NCBI GenBank assembly: GCA_015065165.1
Contig: SVQU01000001.1
Coordinates: 36,632 to 100,631 of the forward strand
Direction: 5' to 3'
DNA: 64,000 nt
From: Oscillospiraceae bacterium
GTDB taxonomy: Bacteria > Bacillota > Clostridia > Oscillospirales > CAG-382
Made by a program: the position numbers and the translations under genes. The notes under the pieces are model-generated. The model was not told the DNA's origin. It searched no databases and was given only the letters and a program-made list of their open reading frames with translations. Below, one piece after another: positions 1 to 8,303 of this stretch. Numbering within the stretch: position 1 is the first letter of the stretch; each line of letters begins with the position of its first letter.

Positions 1-546
1 AACGGCAATGGCACTCGTATGCGTATTCAATATTCTATTCCTGCTCGTTGCCTTATAGGTTATAGAAGCATGTTTATGTCTGCAACTCGCGGTGAAGGCA
101 TATTAAACAGTATTTTTGAAGGATATAAACCCTATAAGGGAGATATACAAATTCGCTTCACAGGTTCGCTTGTTGCCAGCGAAGACGGTGAGACTACATC
201 TTACGGTTGCTATAACTCTCAGGAACGCGGCAATCTGTTTGTATCACCCGGTATGAACATTTACGAGGGTATGGTTGTTGGTATTAACCCCAAAGCAGAG
301 GATATTGCTATTAACCCTTGTAAGAGAAAACAGTTAACAGCAATTCGTTCTGCAGGTGCAGATGAAAAATTGATTCTCACTCCGCCCATTATTATGTCTC
401 TTGAAGAAGCTATTGAGTTTATAAACGAAGATGAACTTATTGAGGTTACACCGCTTTCTATCCGCGTTCGTAAGCGCATTCTTAATAAAGAATTGCGTAT
501 GAAAGCCGAAAGTAAGGCGAAAAAAGCCGCATTGGCTAATAACTGA
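1..546 (+). CDS. typA: Translational GTPase TypA/BipA, C-terminal part (5' end outside window)
   Basis: Frame open from base 1. The C-terminal sequence is TypA-like (GEGILNSIFEGYKPYKGD, YEGMVVGINPKAEDI, KQLTAIRSAGADEKLILTPP, EEAIEFINEDELIEVTP). Confidence 0.85.
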   Translation, partial: NGNGTRMRIQYSIPARCLIGYRSMFMSATRGEGILNSIFEGYKPYKGDIQIRFTGSLVASEDGETTSYGCYNSQERGNLFVSPGMNIYEGMVVGINPKAEDIAINPCKRKQLTAIRSAGADEKLILTPPIIMSLEEAIEFINEDELIEVTPLSIRVRKRILNKELRMKAESKAKKAALANN

Positions 547-553
547 TTATAAA

Positions 554-577
554 ACCCGCTTTCTACCGAAAGCGGGT
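554..577. repeat. 24-nt hairpin repeat, copy 1 (ACCCGCTTTC-TACC-GAAAGCGGGT)
   Basis: Perfect 10-bp stem with a 4-nt loop, 8 nt after the typA stop. An A-run lies upstream and no T-run lies downstream on the plus strand. Identical to 819-842. Confidence 0.8.
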
Positions 578-818
578 CAGAGCGAAGACAAATGGGTTAT
601 TTACGTCCTTGAAAGAATAAAAAAGACAAATAACGAGTTTCATTTTTAATATGAAGCTCGTTATTAATTTTATAAGGAATATTAATTTTTATTGTATTTT
701 CAAGGACTTTGAAGAAATGCTCGACTACCTTACCATTGTAAGCCTACGCTCGCATTTCTTCAAAACTAACCTCATTTCTCTCACTCTGCTTCAGTCTGTA
801 GACTTTGTCTACAGACTG

Positions 819-846
819 ACCCGCTTTCTACCGAAAGCGGGTTTTT
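819..846 (+). terminator. 24-nt hairpin repeat, copy 2, followed by a T-run (intrinsic terminator on the plus strand)
   Basis: Same 24 nt as 554-577, followed by TTTTT. Directly preceded by a 12-bp perfect hairpin at 792-818. Confidence 0.7.
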
Positions 847-901
847 GGTTATAGTTAATACATTGAAAAAATAATAGGTTTGATTGGATGTGTATAAAAA
901 A

Positions 902-928
902 ACAGCCATCACGTAATGTGGTGGCTGT
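902..928 (-). terminator. Intrinsic terminator of the ACP/FkbH/DHHW/MBOAT operon
   Basis: Stem ACAGCCA(T)/(G)TGGCTGT with an 11-nt loop. The A-run at 894-901 on the plus strand gives a U-run after the hairpin on the minus strand. Lies 30 nt past the stop at 959. Confidence 0.65.
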
Positions 929-958
929 TTTAATGAATATAGAATTTTGAAATTTATT

Positions 959-1198
959 TTAGCCTCTTTCGGCGATGATATCCATCATTTCGCCGACGTT
1001 TTTCATTGCGCTGACTTCTTTCATTGTGAATTTAACACCGAATTCACGTTCAACCGCACCGATGAGACGGATATGCTCGAGGCTATCCCAATCTTCAATA
1101 TCGTCGGCGGTAGTTTCGCGGTTTACTTCGATATCATCATCGTCGAAAACGTTTCTGAATACTTCGTTTAATCTTTCGTTGATATTCTGTTGTGCCAT
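959..1198 (-). CDS. Acyl/peptidyl carrier protein (PP-binding), DltC-like role proposed
   Basis: 79 aa, acidic, with a DSL phosphopantetheine-attachment motif (EDWDSLEHIRLIGAVEREF). Starts 2 nt after the FkbH-like gene. Confidence 0.8.
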   Translation of the reverse strand: MAQQNINERLNEVFRNVFDDDDIEVNRETTADDIEDWDSLEHIRLIGAVEREFGVKFTMKEVSAMKNVGEMMDIIAERG

Positions 1199-1200
1199 AT

Positions 1201-2988
1201 TTATTCCTCCGAGTTTACGTTTATAACGTGATTTTGATTTTTATAGTCTGTTACAGACAACGACCAGCCGGTGTTGCCGGATTCGTCCTCGCTTATTTTT
1301 GTGAACCCAAAATCCGAGAACAAATTTTTAACCATACCGTTTTTTGCGGTAGGGTAGTAATGACCGATAATTGTATTAATATCGCGTTTCTTACATTCGC
1401 TAACAAGAGTATCAAGCATAGCAAATTCCATATTTTTCTTTAATACTCTGCAACTCATTAACCAAAGGTCGATATCGCAGGTATTCCCTTTGATTTCGCC
1501 AATTACAACCGAAACAACGCCATTATCTCCGAATACATCACTTAACTTACCGTAAAGTGTAATATGGTTGCCATCGGACACGGTAGATTCTATTTCCTGT
1601 TGTGTATATCTCTTTGTGGTGAGATTGAACTGGTTGGATTTGTTGGTCAACTGTGTGATACGCGGAATATAAAGAGGGGAGAACTCTTTAATCTCACCTT
1701 TCATTTCAAGGCTCAACAAATATTCGTTATAGTCTGTAAAGGTTGCCGATTGTTCATTACGCAAAACGTTTGCTTTGTACATATCGTTGCGTTTTAAATC
1801 GTCCGCAGAAAAGTTTGTTACCTCAAAATAACCGTTTCTGTCGATGGTGCGTATATAGTCAATGGGCATGTCCATTTTTGGTACGGCAATTCCCGAAATG
1901 CTTTTTTCTACCAATGCGCGCTCGGTGGGGTTATCATCTGCAAAAACGAAGGAATCAATACCCAAATCCATTTCGTTTGCTGTCGCAACAAGATTTCTGT
2001 CTTTGGTTTCCCAGTTCGCCTTAATTACAATGAAATCTTCGGGTTTAAGCACACCGTCAGGATGGTTTAAGCCTGAAATTGCGTTTTCGTGGTCGTTTTT
2101 TGAAGCAACAGTAAGCATTATACCAATGCTTTTTTGTTTTTTTACGTATTCTTGGAAACCCTTAAAGCATTCGGCATTGGCAGTTTCTTCGCCGATTTCG
2201 ATTCCTTCCACACCGTCATCGCCCACAACACCGCCCCAAAGGGTATTATCCAAATCCAATGCCAAAACCTTTTTGTTCTTGCCAAACAGGGATTTAATAA
2301 TATGGGATAGATTGAACGCAACGTAGGGGATAGCATCAAGGCAGCAGGCATATTTATACATACACCAGGCCTGTTCATCGTGCCATCTGTCTAAACCGAA
2401 ACAAGAGGCAACGTAGTTCAAGTCGCAAATATAAAAGCCTTGATTTTCACGTGCATACTGTGAGAAACGGCGGTTAAGTTCGTTAATGAAATTAACACCG
2501 CCATGGATATCAGAAAAATCCTTATTGCCAAACAAACGGTAAGGGGGAAGCTCGAAATTGTTTTGGATAATAGGGCAATTATATACCGAGCTAAGCCTTT
2601 GCCACATTTTGACATAGTAATCATATCGTTCGTTTAGTTTGTTTTCAACCAACTGATATTCGTCGTTCGCTTCCGGAAGAAAAGATGAGATGTTTCTATA
2701 ACTTGTATGAATATATATTACATCGGGTTTGAATTCCGTCAATTCGGGATTATCAAACATTGCATCCTGCCAGAAGCGGTTATATTCCGATTCGTAAAAT
2801 ACAGGCTCTATGCCCTCGGAAAGAAGGAACAGCTCTAACGTTTTAATAATATCGGGAGTGGTAGAACCGCCCAAAACGGCAATATTCTTTTTTATTCTTT
2901 TGGTGCCGTCATTTAGAAGCTCGCGCTTTGTTCTTCTTCGATAATCTGTCAAAGCTGCAATATCAAACGGGTAATCGGTTCTTGCCAT
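1201..2988 (-). CDS. FkbH-like HAD-IIIC phosphatase/acyl-loading protein with GNAT-like C-terminal domain
   Basis: 595 aa. Contains the HAD-IIIC/FkbH block VLALDLDNTLWGGVVGDDGVEGIEIG. The C-terminal segment (GDNGVVSVVIG...WLMSCRVLKKNMEFAMLD...FGF) is GNAT-like. Confidence 0.75.
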   Translation of the reverse strand: MARTDYPFDIAALTDYRRRTKRELLNDGTKRIKKNIAVLGGSTTPDIIKTLELFLLSEGIEPVFYESEYNRFWQDAMFDNPELTEFKPDVIYIHTSYRNISSFLPEANDEYQLVENKLNERYDYYVKMWQRLSSVYNCPIIQNNFELPPYRLFGNKDFSDIHGGVNFINELNRRFSQYARENQGFYICDLNYVASCFGLDRWHDEQAWCMYKYACCLDAIPYVAFNLSHIIKSLFGKNKKVLALDLDNTLWGGVVGDDGVEGIEIGEETANAECFKGFQEYVKKQKSIGIMLTVASKNDHENAISGLNHPDGVLKPEDFIVIKANWETKDRNLVATANEMDLGIDSFVFADDNPTERALVEKSISGIAVPKMDMPIDYIRTIDRNGYFEVTNFSADDLKRNDMYKANVLRNEQSATFTDYNEYLLSLEMKGEIKEFSPLYIPRITQLTNKSNQFNLTTKRYTQQEIESTVSDGNHITLYGKLSDVFGDNGVVSVVIGEIKGNTCDIDLWLMSCRVLKKNMEFAMLDTLVSECKKRDINTIIGHYYPTAKNGMVKNLFSDFGFTKISEDESGNTGWSLSVTDYKNQNHVINVNSEE

Positions 2989-3003
2989 AATTGCTCCTTG
3001 ATT

Positions 3004-4425
3004 TTAATAATTGATTTTTAATCCTTTAAAGTTGCTAACACCGAATGCGGCGATAGAGAAGCATACGTCAGTAATGCCTTGCTCAGCGATAAAGTCGCTT
3101 ACGTCCGCTTGGAAATATCTATAGTCGGCAACGATGATTTCATCAAAGGAACCAACTAAGAAGGGAGCCAAAGCGTTTCCGTAGCTGTCTTTAAATACTA
3201 AAAGCTTTCTGCCGTTTCCTACATTGGTTTTGATATGTGTGGTATAGGAATCACCGTATAAAAACTTGGTATAACCATTGTTGGTAGAAAAGAGTGTTCT
3301 GCCGGTTATGGGATCTCCGCTATGGCCTGCGCGATTGTAGTATTCCACGGTATATTCACGTGTGGGCTCATACCAAACGATAGTATCGGGGTTATTTCCT
3401 AACACCGGGTCTTTTGTATATGTAGTGTAGAAGGAACCCAAAACACCATCTTCACTTTTTGTAGTAAAGGTGGATATGTTATCAAAAGAAACACCTGCAA
3501 CAGACGCTAGCTCTTCACAAGCATAGTACGCTGCCAATGCTTGCCAATGGTGGTCGGTGCGGAAATAAATTTCTTCATCAACGTGGGCGCTAATGGCGGA
3601 CAAAGTATCTACAAAACCAACGTTGTTTAAAGCGTCTCTCATACCGTAAAAACATTTTTTGTGGTTCGAAATTGATGCTTCGTATCCAACGGGCGCATAA
3701 AATGCAGAGGCTAAAGGTGCAGGCAATACGTAAACGTTTACGTCGCCCATTTCTTCCTTAAAGCCGTTAAGTATATTTGCGGTTTTTTCGCCGCCTGTAG
3801 CAGAGCCGTAGAACTGTTCCATTGCTCTTGTACCGCTTATGAGAACGTTATTCACAATGCGAATGTCGGTTTCTTCGGGAGGCGTAATTTCAGCAGAATA
3901 CTTTTTGATTTTTACGTTTGCTATGCTTTCGGAACGAGAAATTATCGAAATACCGTCGGGTGCAGTGTAATCGATAACACATTGTATCGTACCGCTTTCG
4001 TTAAGATTGGAAACGTCAACCTTTGCGGTGATATCTTTGGCGGTGATATCACTTAGTATGGAATTATATCCTTCCAGCGTTACCGACACCGACATCGAAA
4101 AATCACCGTCAAGCTTAAATCCGTTAGACTTCAATTGGCTTTCGCCGTTTAATACAACGGAAATTCCGTCTATGGTCTTTTGAATAATAGCATCCGATTC
4201 ACTTTGAGAAGTATTGTTATTTTCTTCGGATGATTCTTGAGAGTTGTTGGAAGAAAAATCTTCGGATGAATTAGGTTCGGATGAATTGGGTTTTGGAGAA
4301 TTGGGTTCAGAAGAAGCGGTCTTGGAGGATGAATCGATATTACTGCTTGATTCTGACGTTGTATCGCAAGCGATGGTGGAAATGCACATTGCGAAAATCA
4401 TTAGAAGTAAAAGAAATTTTTTCAT
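3004..4425 (-). CDS. DHHW-family (AlgJ/AlgX-like SGNH-type) extracytoplasmic lipoprotein with YbbR-like domain
   Basis: Signal peptide plus lipobox (MCISTIAC), then a Ser/Pro/Glu-rich linker and a YbbR-like beta segment (VSVTLEG...VDVSNLNESGTIQCVIDYTAPDGISI). Catalytic motifs are YFRTDHHW and KDSYGNALAPF. Confidence 0.75.
   Translation of the reverse strand: MKKFLLLLMIFAMCISTIACDTTSESSSNIDSSSKTASSEPNSPKPNSSEPNSSEDFSSNNSQESSEENNNTSQSESDAIIQKTIDGISVVLNGESQLKSNGFKLDGDFSMSVSVTLEGYNSILSDITAKDITAKVDVSNLNESGTIQCVIDYTAPDGISIISRSESIANVKIKKYSAEITPPEETDIRIVNNVLISGTRAMEQFYGSATGGEKTANILNGFKEEMGDVNVYVLPAPLASAFYAPVGYEASISNHKKCFYGMRDALNNVGFVDTLSAISAHVDEEIYFRTDHHWQALAAYYACEELASVAGVSFDNISTFTTKSEDGVLGSFYTTYTKDPVLGNNPDTIVWYEPTREYTVEYYNRAGHSGDPITGRTLFSTNNGYTKFLYGDSYTTHIKTNVGNGRKLLVFKDSYGNALAPFLVGSFDEIIVADYRYFQADVSDFIAEQGITDVCFSIAAFGVSNFKGLKINY
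4261..4305. repeat. 15-bp imperfect in-frame tandem repeat (3 copies) in the linker of the DHHW lipoprotein
   Basis: TTCGGATGAATTAGG / TTCGGATGAATTGGG / TTTTGGAGAATTGGG. Encodes PNS(S/P)(E/K) repeats on the minus strand. Confidence 0.8.
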
Positions 4426-5880
4426 TTAACTACAAAGCTCCTCTAAATAGTTTAAATATTTGCCTACGGCAGAAAAAGTGCATTCCGCAAACAGAACGTC
4501 TGTTATACCGAATTGCTCAATGGTGTCATTTAATGAAACTGTATATTCTCGGCAATCGACAATATAAATTTCTTCGAATCCCTTCATTAAAAACGGCGCT
4601 AAAGCGTTGCCGTAGCTGTCTTTAACAATCAAAAGCTTTCTGCCGTTTTTGCAATCTTTAGATACTGCTTTTACAGCATAGCTATCACCGCGGATGAAAG
4701 TTGAATACCAACTGCTTCTCTGGTTATCGCCGATATCCCAAAAGAAGCCGTTATAGTCGGGAATACCATCGTGGTCTTTATCAAAGGTCAAGGGATTTTC
4801 ATTAAAGCTTTCTTTTGAATAGTAATATACGTCATATTCGGTATCGGGATAGTATACAGTGAAGTTCTCGGGGTTATTCAGTATTTTAGAGTTGTAATCG
4901 GAATATTTATACATAACGCCGATATATCCTTCGCGTTGTACTTTGGTATATTCCGAAAGGGGGTCAAAGGCGATGCCTGCCTTTTCGGCGAATACTTGCG
5001 CGCCGTAATATGCGCCTAATGCCGACCAGTGCGTGTCGGTTCGAAAATAAATTTCTTCATCTGCATGTATACCCAGTGTGTTATATATATTGACGTCAAT
5101 TACTTTTTCCGACAAATTATTTGATATTGTGTCTATATCTCGTTTGTTACGATATATATATCCTTCGTATCCTTTTGCCTGTTCCACGTAATAAGCGCTG
5201 GCTTTTGGAATAACCATTGAGTAAACGTTTACGCTATTGTTAAGCTTGTCCGCAAATTCGTTTAAAATTTTAGCATATCGTTCTGCACCCGAAGTACTTC
5301 CGCCGTAAAGCTCGATAGCACGTGTACCTACAATTAAAATCGAGCCTGACATTTCGGGGTTTACGTCTCCTTCCGGCTCATCCATTGGTTCGGAAGAAGA
5401 AGTATCCGATTCATCACTTTCGATGGGCGTTGAAGACTCTTCCTCGGAAGAAACTATTGAAGATTCCGAATAATCAGAAATATCAGAAATATCAGAAATA
5501 TCAGAAATATCAGAAGTAACGTCTATTATTGCGCTTGATTCATTTGGGATAGCTTCGCTTGCAATACTATTATCAGCTTCATCATCCGATTCTTCATAAA
5601 CAACGTAAAGTTGTTCGTCATCCTTGATACCGTATAAATCGTTGATTTTGGTTTCGAAATCGATAAATCTATCACGGGAATTTATGGTATCGGTAAAGCA
5701 GTACACTACATCCTTTAGATATTCACCGGAGAAAAACGTTTCAAAGGAAAATTCTGGCCATTCCTTTAAAACGCTATAATCCGAAACCTCTGTACGGGGT
5801 AAAAATACAGAGAAAACAAACATAAAGAGAAATACCGCAACAAAGACGGATACACATAATATTGTTGTAAACTTCTTCAT
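4426..5880 (-). CDS. DHHW-family (AlgJ/AlgX-like) protein with N-terminal membrane anchor
   Basis: N-terminal TM helix (ILCVSVFVAVFLFMFVFSVFL) and an acidic Ser-rich linker. Motifs are YFRTDTHW and KDSYGNALAPF. Paralogue of 3004-4425; its stop abuts the next start. Confidence 0.75.
   Translation of the reverse strand: MKKFTTILCVSVFVAVFLFMFVFSVFLPRTEVSDYSVLKEWPEFSFETFFSGEYLKDVVYCFTDTINSRDRFIDFETKINDLYGIKDDEQLYVVYEESDDEADNSIASEAIPNESSAIIDVTSDISDISDISDISDYSESSIVSSEEESSTPIESDESDTSSSEPMDEPEGDVNPEMSGSILIVGTRAIELYGGSTSGAERYAKILNEFADKLNNSVNVYSMVIPKASAYYVEQAKGYEGYIYRNKRDIDTISNNLSEKVIDVNIYNTLGIHADEEIYFRTDTHWSALGAYYGAQVFAEKAGIAFDPLSEYTKVQREGYIGVMYKYSDYNSKILNNPENFTVYYPDTEYDVYYYSKESFNENPLTFDKDHDGIPDYNGFFWDIGDNQRSSWYSTFIRGDSYAVKAVSKDCKNGRKLLIVKDSYGNALAPFLMKGFEEIYIVDCREYTVSLNDTIEQFGITDVLFAECTFSAVGKYLNYLEELCS
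5473..5517. repeat. 9-bp in-frame microsatellite (ATCAGAAAT, 4 perfect copies plus 1 imperfect)
   Basis: Read directly from the sequence. Encodes (SDI)n, seen as SDISDISDISDISD in the linker of the protein at 4426-5880. Confidence 0.9.
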
Positions 5881-5890
5881 TCAAATTCTC

Positions 5891-7303
5891 CTAAAAGTTC
5901 CAATACAAGAAAGGGTTGTTGCTGCTAAAGGTTTTAACCAATACAGCAGTATTAATAAACAAAAGTAAAATTAAGAAAGCCGTTGTACAAACCATAGCAA
6001 GTGATGCTACGAATGGGTGCGATGCTTCGAAACGGCGTTTAAAGAATTCCGCGATAGGGAAGCAAGCAACAAGTGCAATTGCAAAAATGAAAATGTGAGA
6101 TTTCAGGTTAGAAAAAGTTTCCGTATTTGCGAAAATATTGCCGTTTGCGCCAACTAAATTCTTAAAGAAATTTCCAAGCTCTGATATGTTCTCAAATTTG
6201 AATATACCAAAGCCAATAAGGATAACCAGCTTGTTATATATGTGCATTAAAAGAGTTGGGGCATTTTTTAATCTCTTTTTTCCGATTTTTGTTTCTATAA
6301 AAATAAACACACCGAAATAAAGACCCCAAATTACATAGTTCCAGCTTGCACCGTGCCAAAGTCCGGTTGTGAACCAAACCAAAAACAGCGAGAGAACAGC
6401 GCGACGCTTGCCGAAAATAGGTACGTATAGAAGGTAATCCCTAAAGAAACTACCCAACGAAATGTGCCATCTTTGCCAAAACTCGGATATTGAACGGCAC
6501 ATAAAGGGATGTCTGAAGTTTTCATCAAAATGAAATCCGAAAATTCTGCCAATACCTATAGCCATATCGGAGTAACCCGAAAAGTCAAAATAAACCTGCA
6601 TTGCATAAGCAATTACGCCTATCCAGGTTGCAACAACTGTGGCATCACTAATGTTTTCACCAAAGCAATTGTTAACGATAGTGTTTAAATTATTCGCAAG
6701 GAGAACTTTTTTTGAAAGCCCGATTATTAATCGTGTGAAACCGTCAATTACATCGTAAATCGTGGTACGACGGTTATCAATTTCTTCGGCTACTGTTTGA
6801 TAACGAACAATGGGCCCTGCAACCAACTGAGGAAATAGCGAAATATATAACAAAAGCTTATGGAATTTCTTTTGAACAGGAACCTTCTCCCAATATACAT
6901 CAATCACGTACGAAACGATTTGGAAGGTATAAAAGCTAATACCAAGCGGTAAAGCAATGTTTTGTGCAGGGATATGAGAACCGAAAATTGCATTAACGTT
7001 GCTTATCATAAAGTCGGTATACTTAAATACACCAAGCATACCGAAATTATACAGTAAGCATATAGTTAAAACAGCCTTACAAATCTTTTTACCTCTGGTA
7101 GAATCTATCCAGCGGGCAAGCAGATAATTAAGTAAGGCACTGCCCACAAAAAGGAAAATCTTAAGCGGTTCTCCATAAGCGTAAAAAATCAATGAAGTTA
7201 TTATGAGAACTGCATTTTTTGCGTTTATATTTTTGAATAAAAAGTATGCAGCAAAGCATATCGGAAGAAAAGCATAAAGAAAATATAAATCTGCGAATAA
7301 CAT
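5891..7303 (-). CDS. MBOAT-family membrane O-acyltransferase (AlgI/DltB/PatA type)
   Basis: 470 aa, polytopic. Signature blocks are LPLGISFYTFQ, FPQLVAGPI, YFDFSGYSDMAIG, EFWQRWHISL and LWHGASW (conserved His). Confidence 0.9.
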   Translation of the reverse strand: MLFADLYFLYAFLPICFAAYFLFKNINAKNAVLIITSLIFYAYGEPLKIFLFVGSALLNYLLARWIDSTRGKKICKAVLTICLLYNFGMLGVFKYTDFMISNVNAIFGSHIPAQNIALPLGISFYTFQIVSYVIDVYWEKVPVQKKFHKLLLYISLFPQLVAGPIVRYQTVAEEIDNRRTTIYDVIDGFTRLIIGLSKKVLLANNLNTIVNNCFGENISDATVVATWIGVIAYAMQVYFDFSGYSDMAIGIGRIFGFHFDENFRHPFMCRSISEFWQRWHISLGSFFRDYLLYVPIFGKRRAVLSLFLVWFTTGLWHGASWNYVIWGLYFGVFIFIETKIGKKRLKNAPTLLMHIYNKLVILIGFGIFKFENISELGNFFKNLVGANGNIFANTETFSNLKSHIFIFAIALVACFPIAEFFKRRFEASHPFVASLAMVCTTAFLILLLFINTAVLVKTFSSNNPFLYWNF

Positions 7304-7330
7304 ATAATTCCCCTAAAAGTTTATCAATAA

Positions 7331-7359
7331 ATTATACCACGCAGACAATATTAAGTCAA
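7331..7359 (-). promoter_or_regulatory. Sigma-A type promoter of the MBOAT operon
   Basis: Minus-strand TTGACT-17 nt-TATAAT with an extended TGg, about 25 nt upstream of RBS AGGGGA and the ATG at 7303. Confidence 0.6.
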
Positions 7360-7386
7360 GAGAATTGGCACATATATCCTTTGAAT

Positions 7387-8205
7387 TTAACCATTAGTTT
7401 TTGCCGAAAGTATAAAATTTATTTTTGCGCCTACGAACATTATATACATACAAACGTACAGCCATAAAAGTAATACTATAATAGCCGTGAGGCTTCCGTA
7501 AATATTTGCATAATTACTGAAATTATCAACAAAAAAGGAAAACAAAATTGAAAAAGAAACCCACCCTGCGCTTGAAATGACCGCGCCCGGAATTTGCTCG
7601 GAAAATCTCTGCTTACCGCTGGGGAGAGCTTTATAAAGTATAGAAAATAGCAAAACCAATAAAACAAATCCAATTATAAATCTTAATGAAGAAATAATAT
7701 AAACCAAACCTGTTATATGAGGGAATAAGGAAATGAGTATTTCGTTAATTTTATCACCAAAAACCAGAATAGAAAGCGCGCTTACCAAAATTGCCATAAA
7801 ACTAACGGTATAAAAAATAGAAGCAAGTCGAATTAAAAAATAGTTTCGCGTTTCTTTAATTTCATAAACCGAATTTAAACCGCCAATGATAGCATAAATA
7901 CCTTTTGAGGCTGACCACAACAATACCAAAATTGAAACAATAGTCATTGAAGGCGTGCTTTGAATAACGATTTCGTCAACGTACAATGAAAAAAACGAGT
8001 TAAACACACCGGGAAGTAAATTATCGTTGAGTATATATATTGCACTCTCGGAGGTTCCCAATTGCTTTAAAATAGAAATGAGCAACATTATGAGCGGGAT
8101 TAAAGATAAAAACATAAAGAATGCGGTTTGTGCCGCGTAGGCGCCAATACGGCTTGCCGTAATTTTTCTTGCCAGATATTTGACGTTTTTTATCAATTCG
8201 TTCAT
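7387..8205 (-). CDS. YihY/BrkB-family membrane protein
   Basis: 272 aa, multi-TM. The N-terminal block IGAYAAQTAFFMFLSLIPLIMLL is typical of the YihY family. RBS is AAGGAGG. Confidence 0.7.
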   Translation of the reverse strand: MNELIKNVKYLARKITASRIGAYAAQTAFFMFLSLIPLIMLLISILKQLGTSESAIYILNDNLLPGVFNSFFSLYVDEIVIQSTPSMTIVSILVLLWSASKGIYAIIGGLNSVYEIKETRNYFLIRLASIFYTVSFMAILVSALSILVFGDKINEILISLFPHITGLVYIISSLRFIIGFVLLVLLFSILYKALPSGKQRFSEQIPGAVISSAGWVSFSILFSFFVDNFSNYANIYGSLTAIIVLLLWLYVCMYIMFVGAKINFILSAKTNG

Positions 8206-8246
8206 AATATCCTCCTTTCATTGATGTTAACAACACAAGCCTTTGA

Positions 8247-8275
8247 TTGACTATGTTGATTTTTTGTGGTATAAT
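8247..8275 (+). promoter_or_regulatory. Sigma-A type promoter for 8304-8810
   Basis: TTGACT-17 nt-TATAAT with an extended TGg. Confidence 0.55.
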
Positions 8276-8303
8276 ATCAAAAAAATGTGCATAGGCGGAA
8301 AAA

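Noticed and set aside
651-854. 67-aa ORF inside the hairpin-rich typA-downstream element
   Set aside because: It has no RBS, it runs through several perfect stem-loops and the terminator, and its composition is hydrophobic and low-complexity. The region is better explained as structured non-coding DNA or RNA.
5473-5517. Short regularly spaced repeats considered as a CRISPR-like array
   Set aside because: The 9-bp units are contiguous with no spacers, lie in-frame inside a coding linker, and no cas genes are present in the window.
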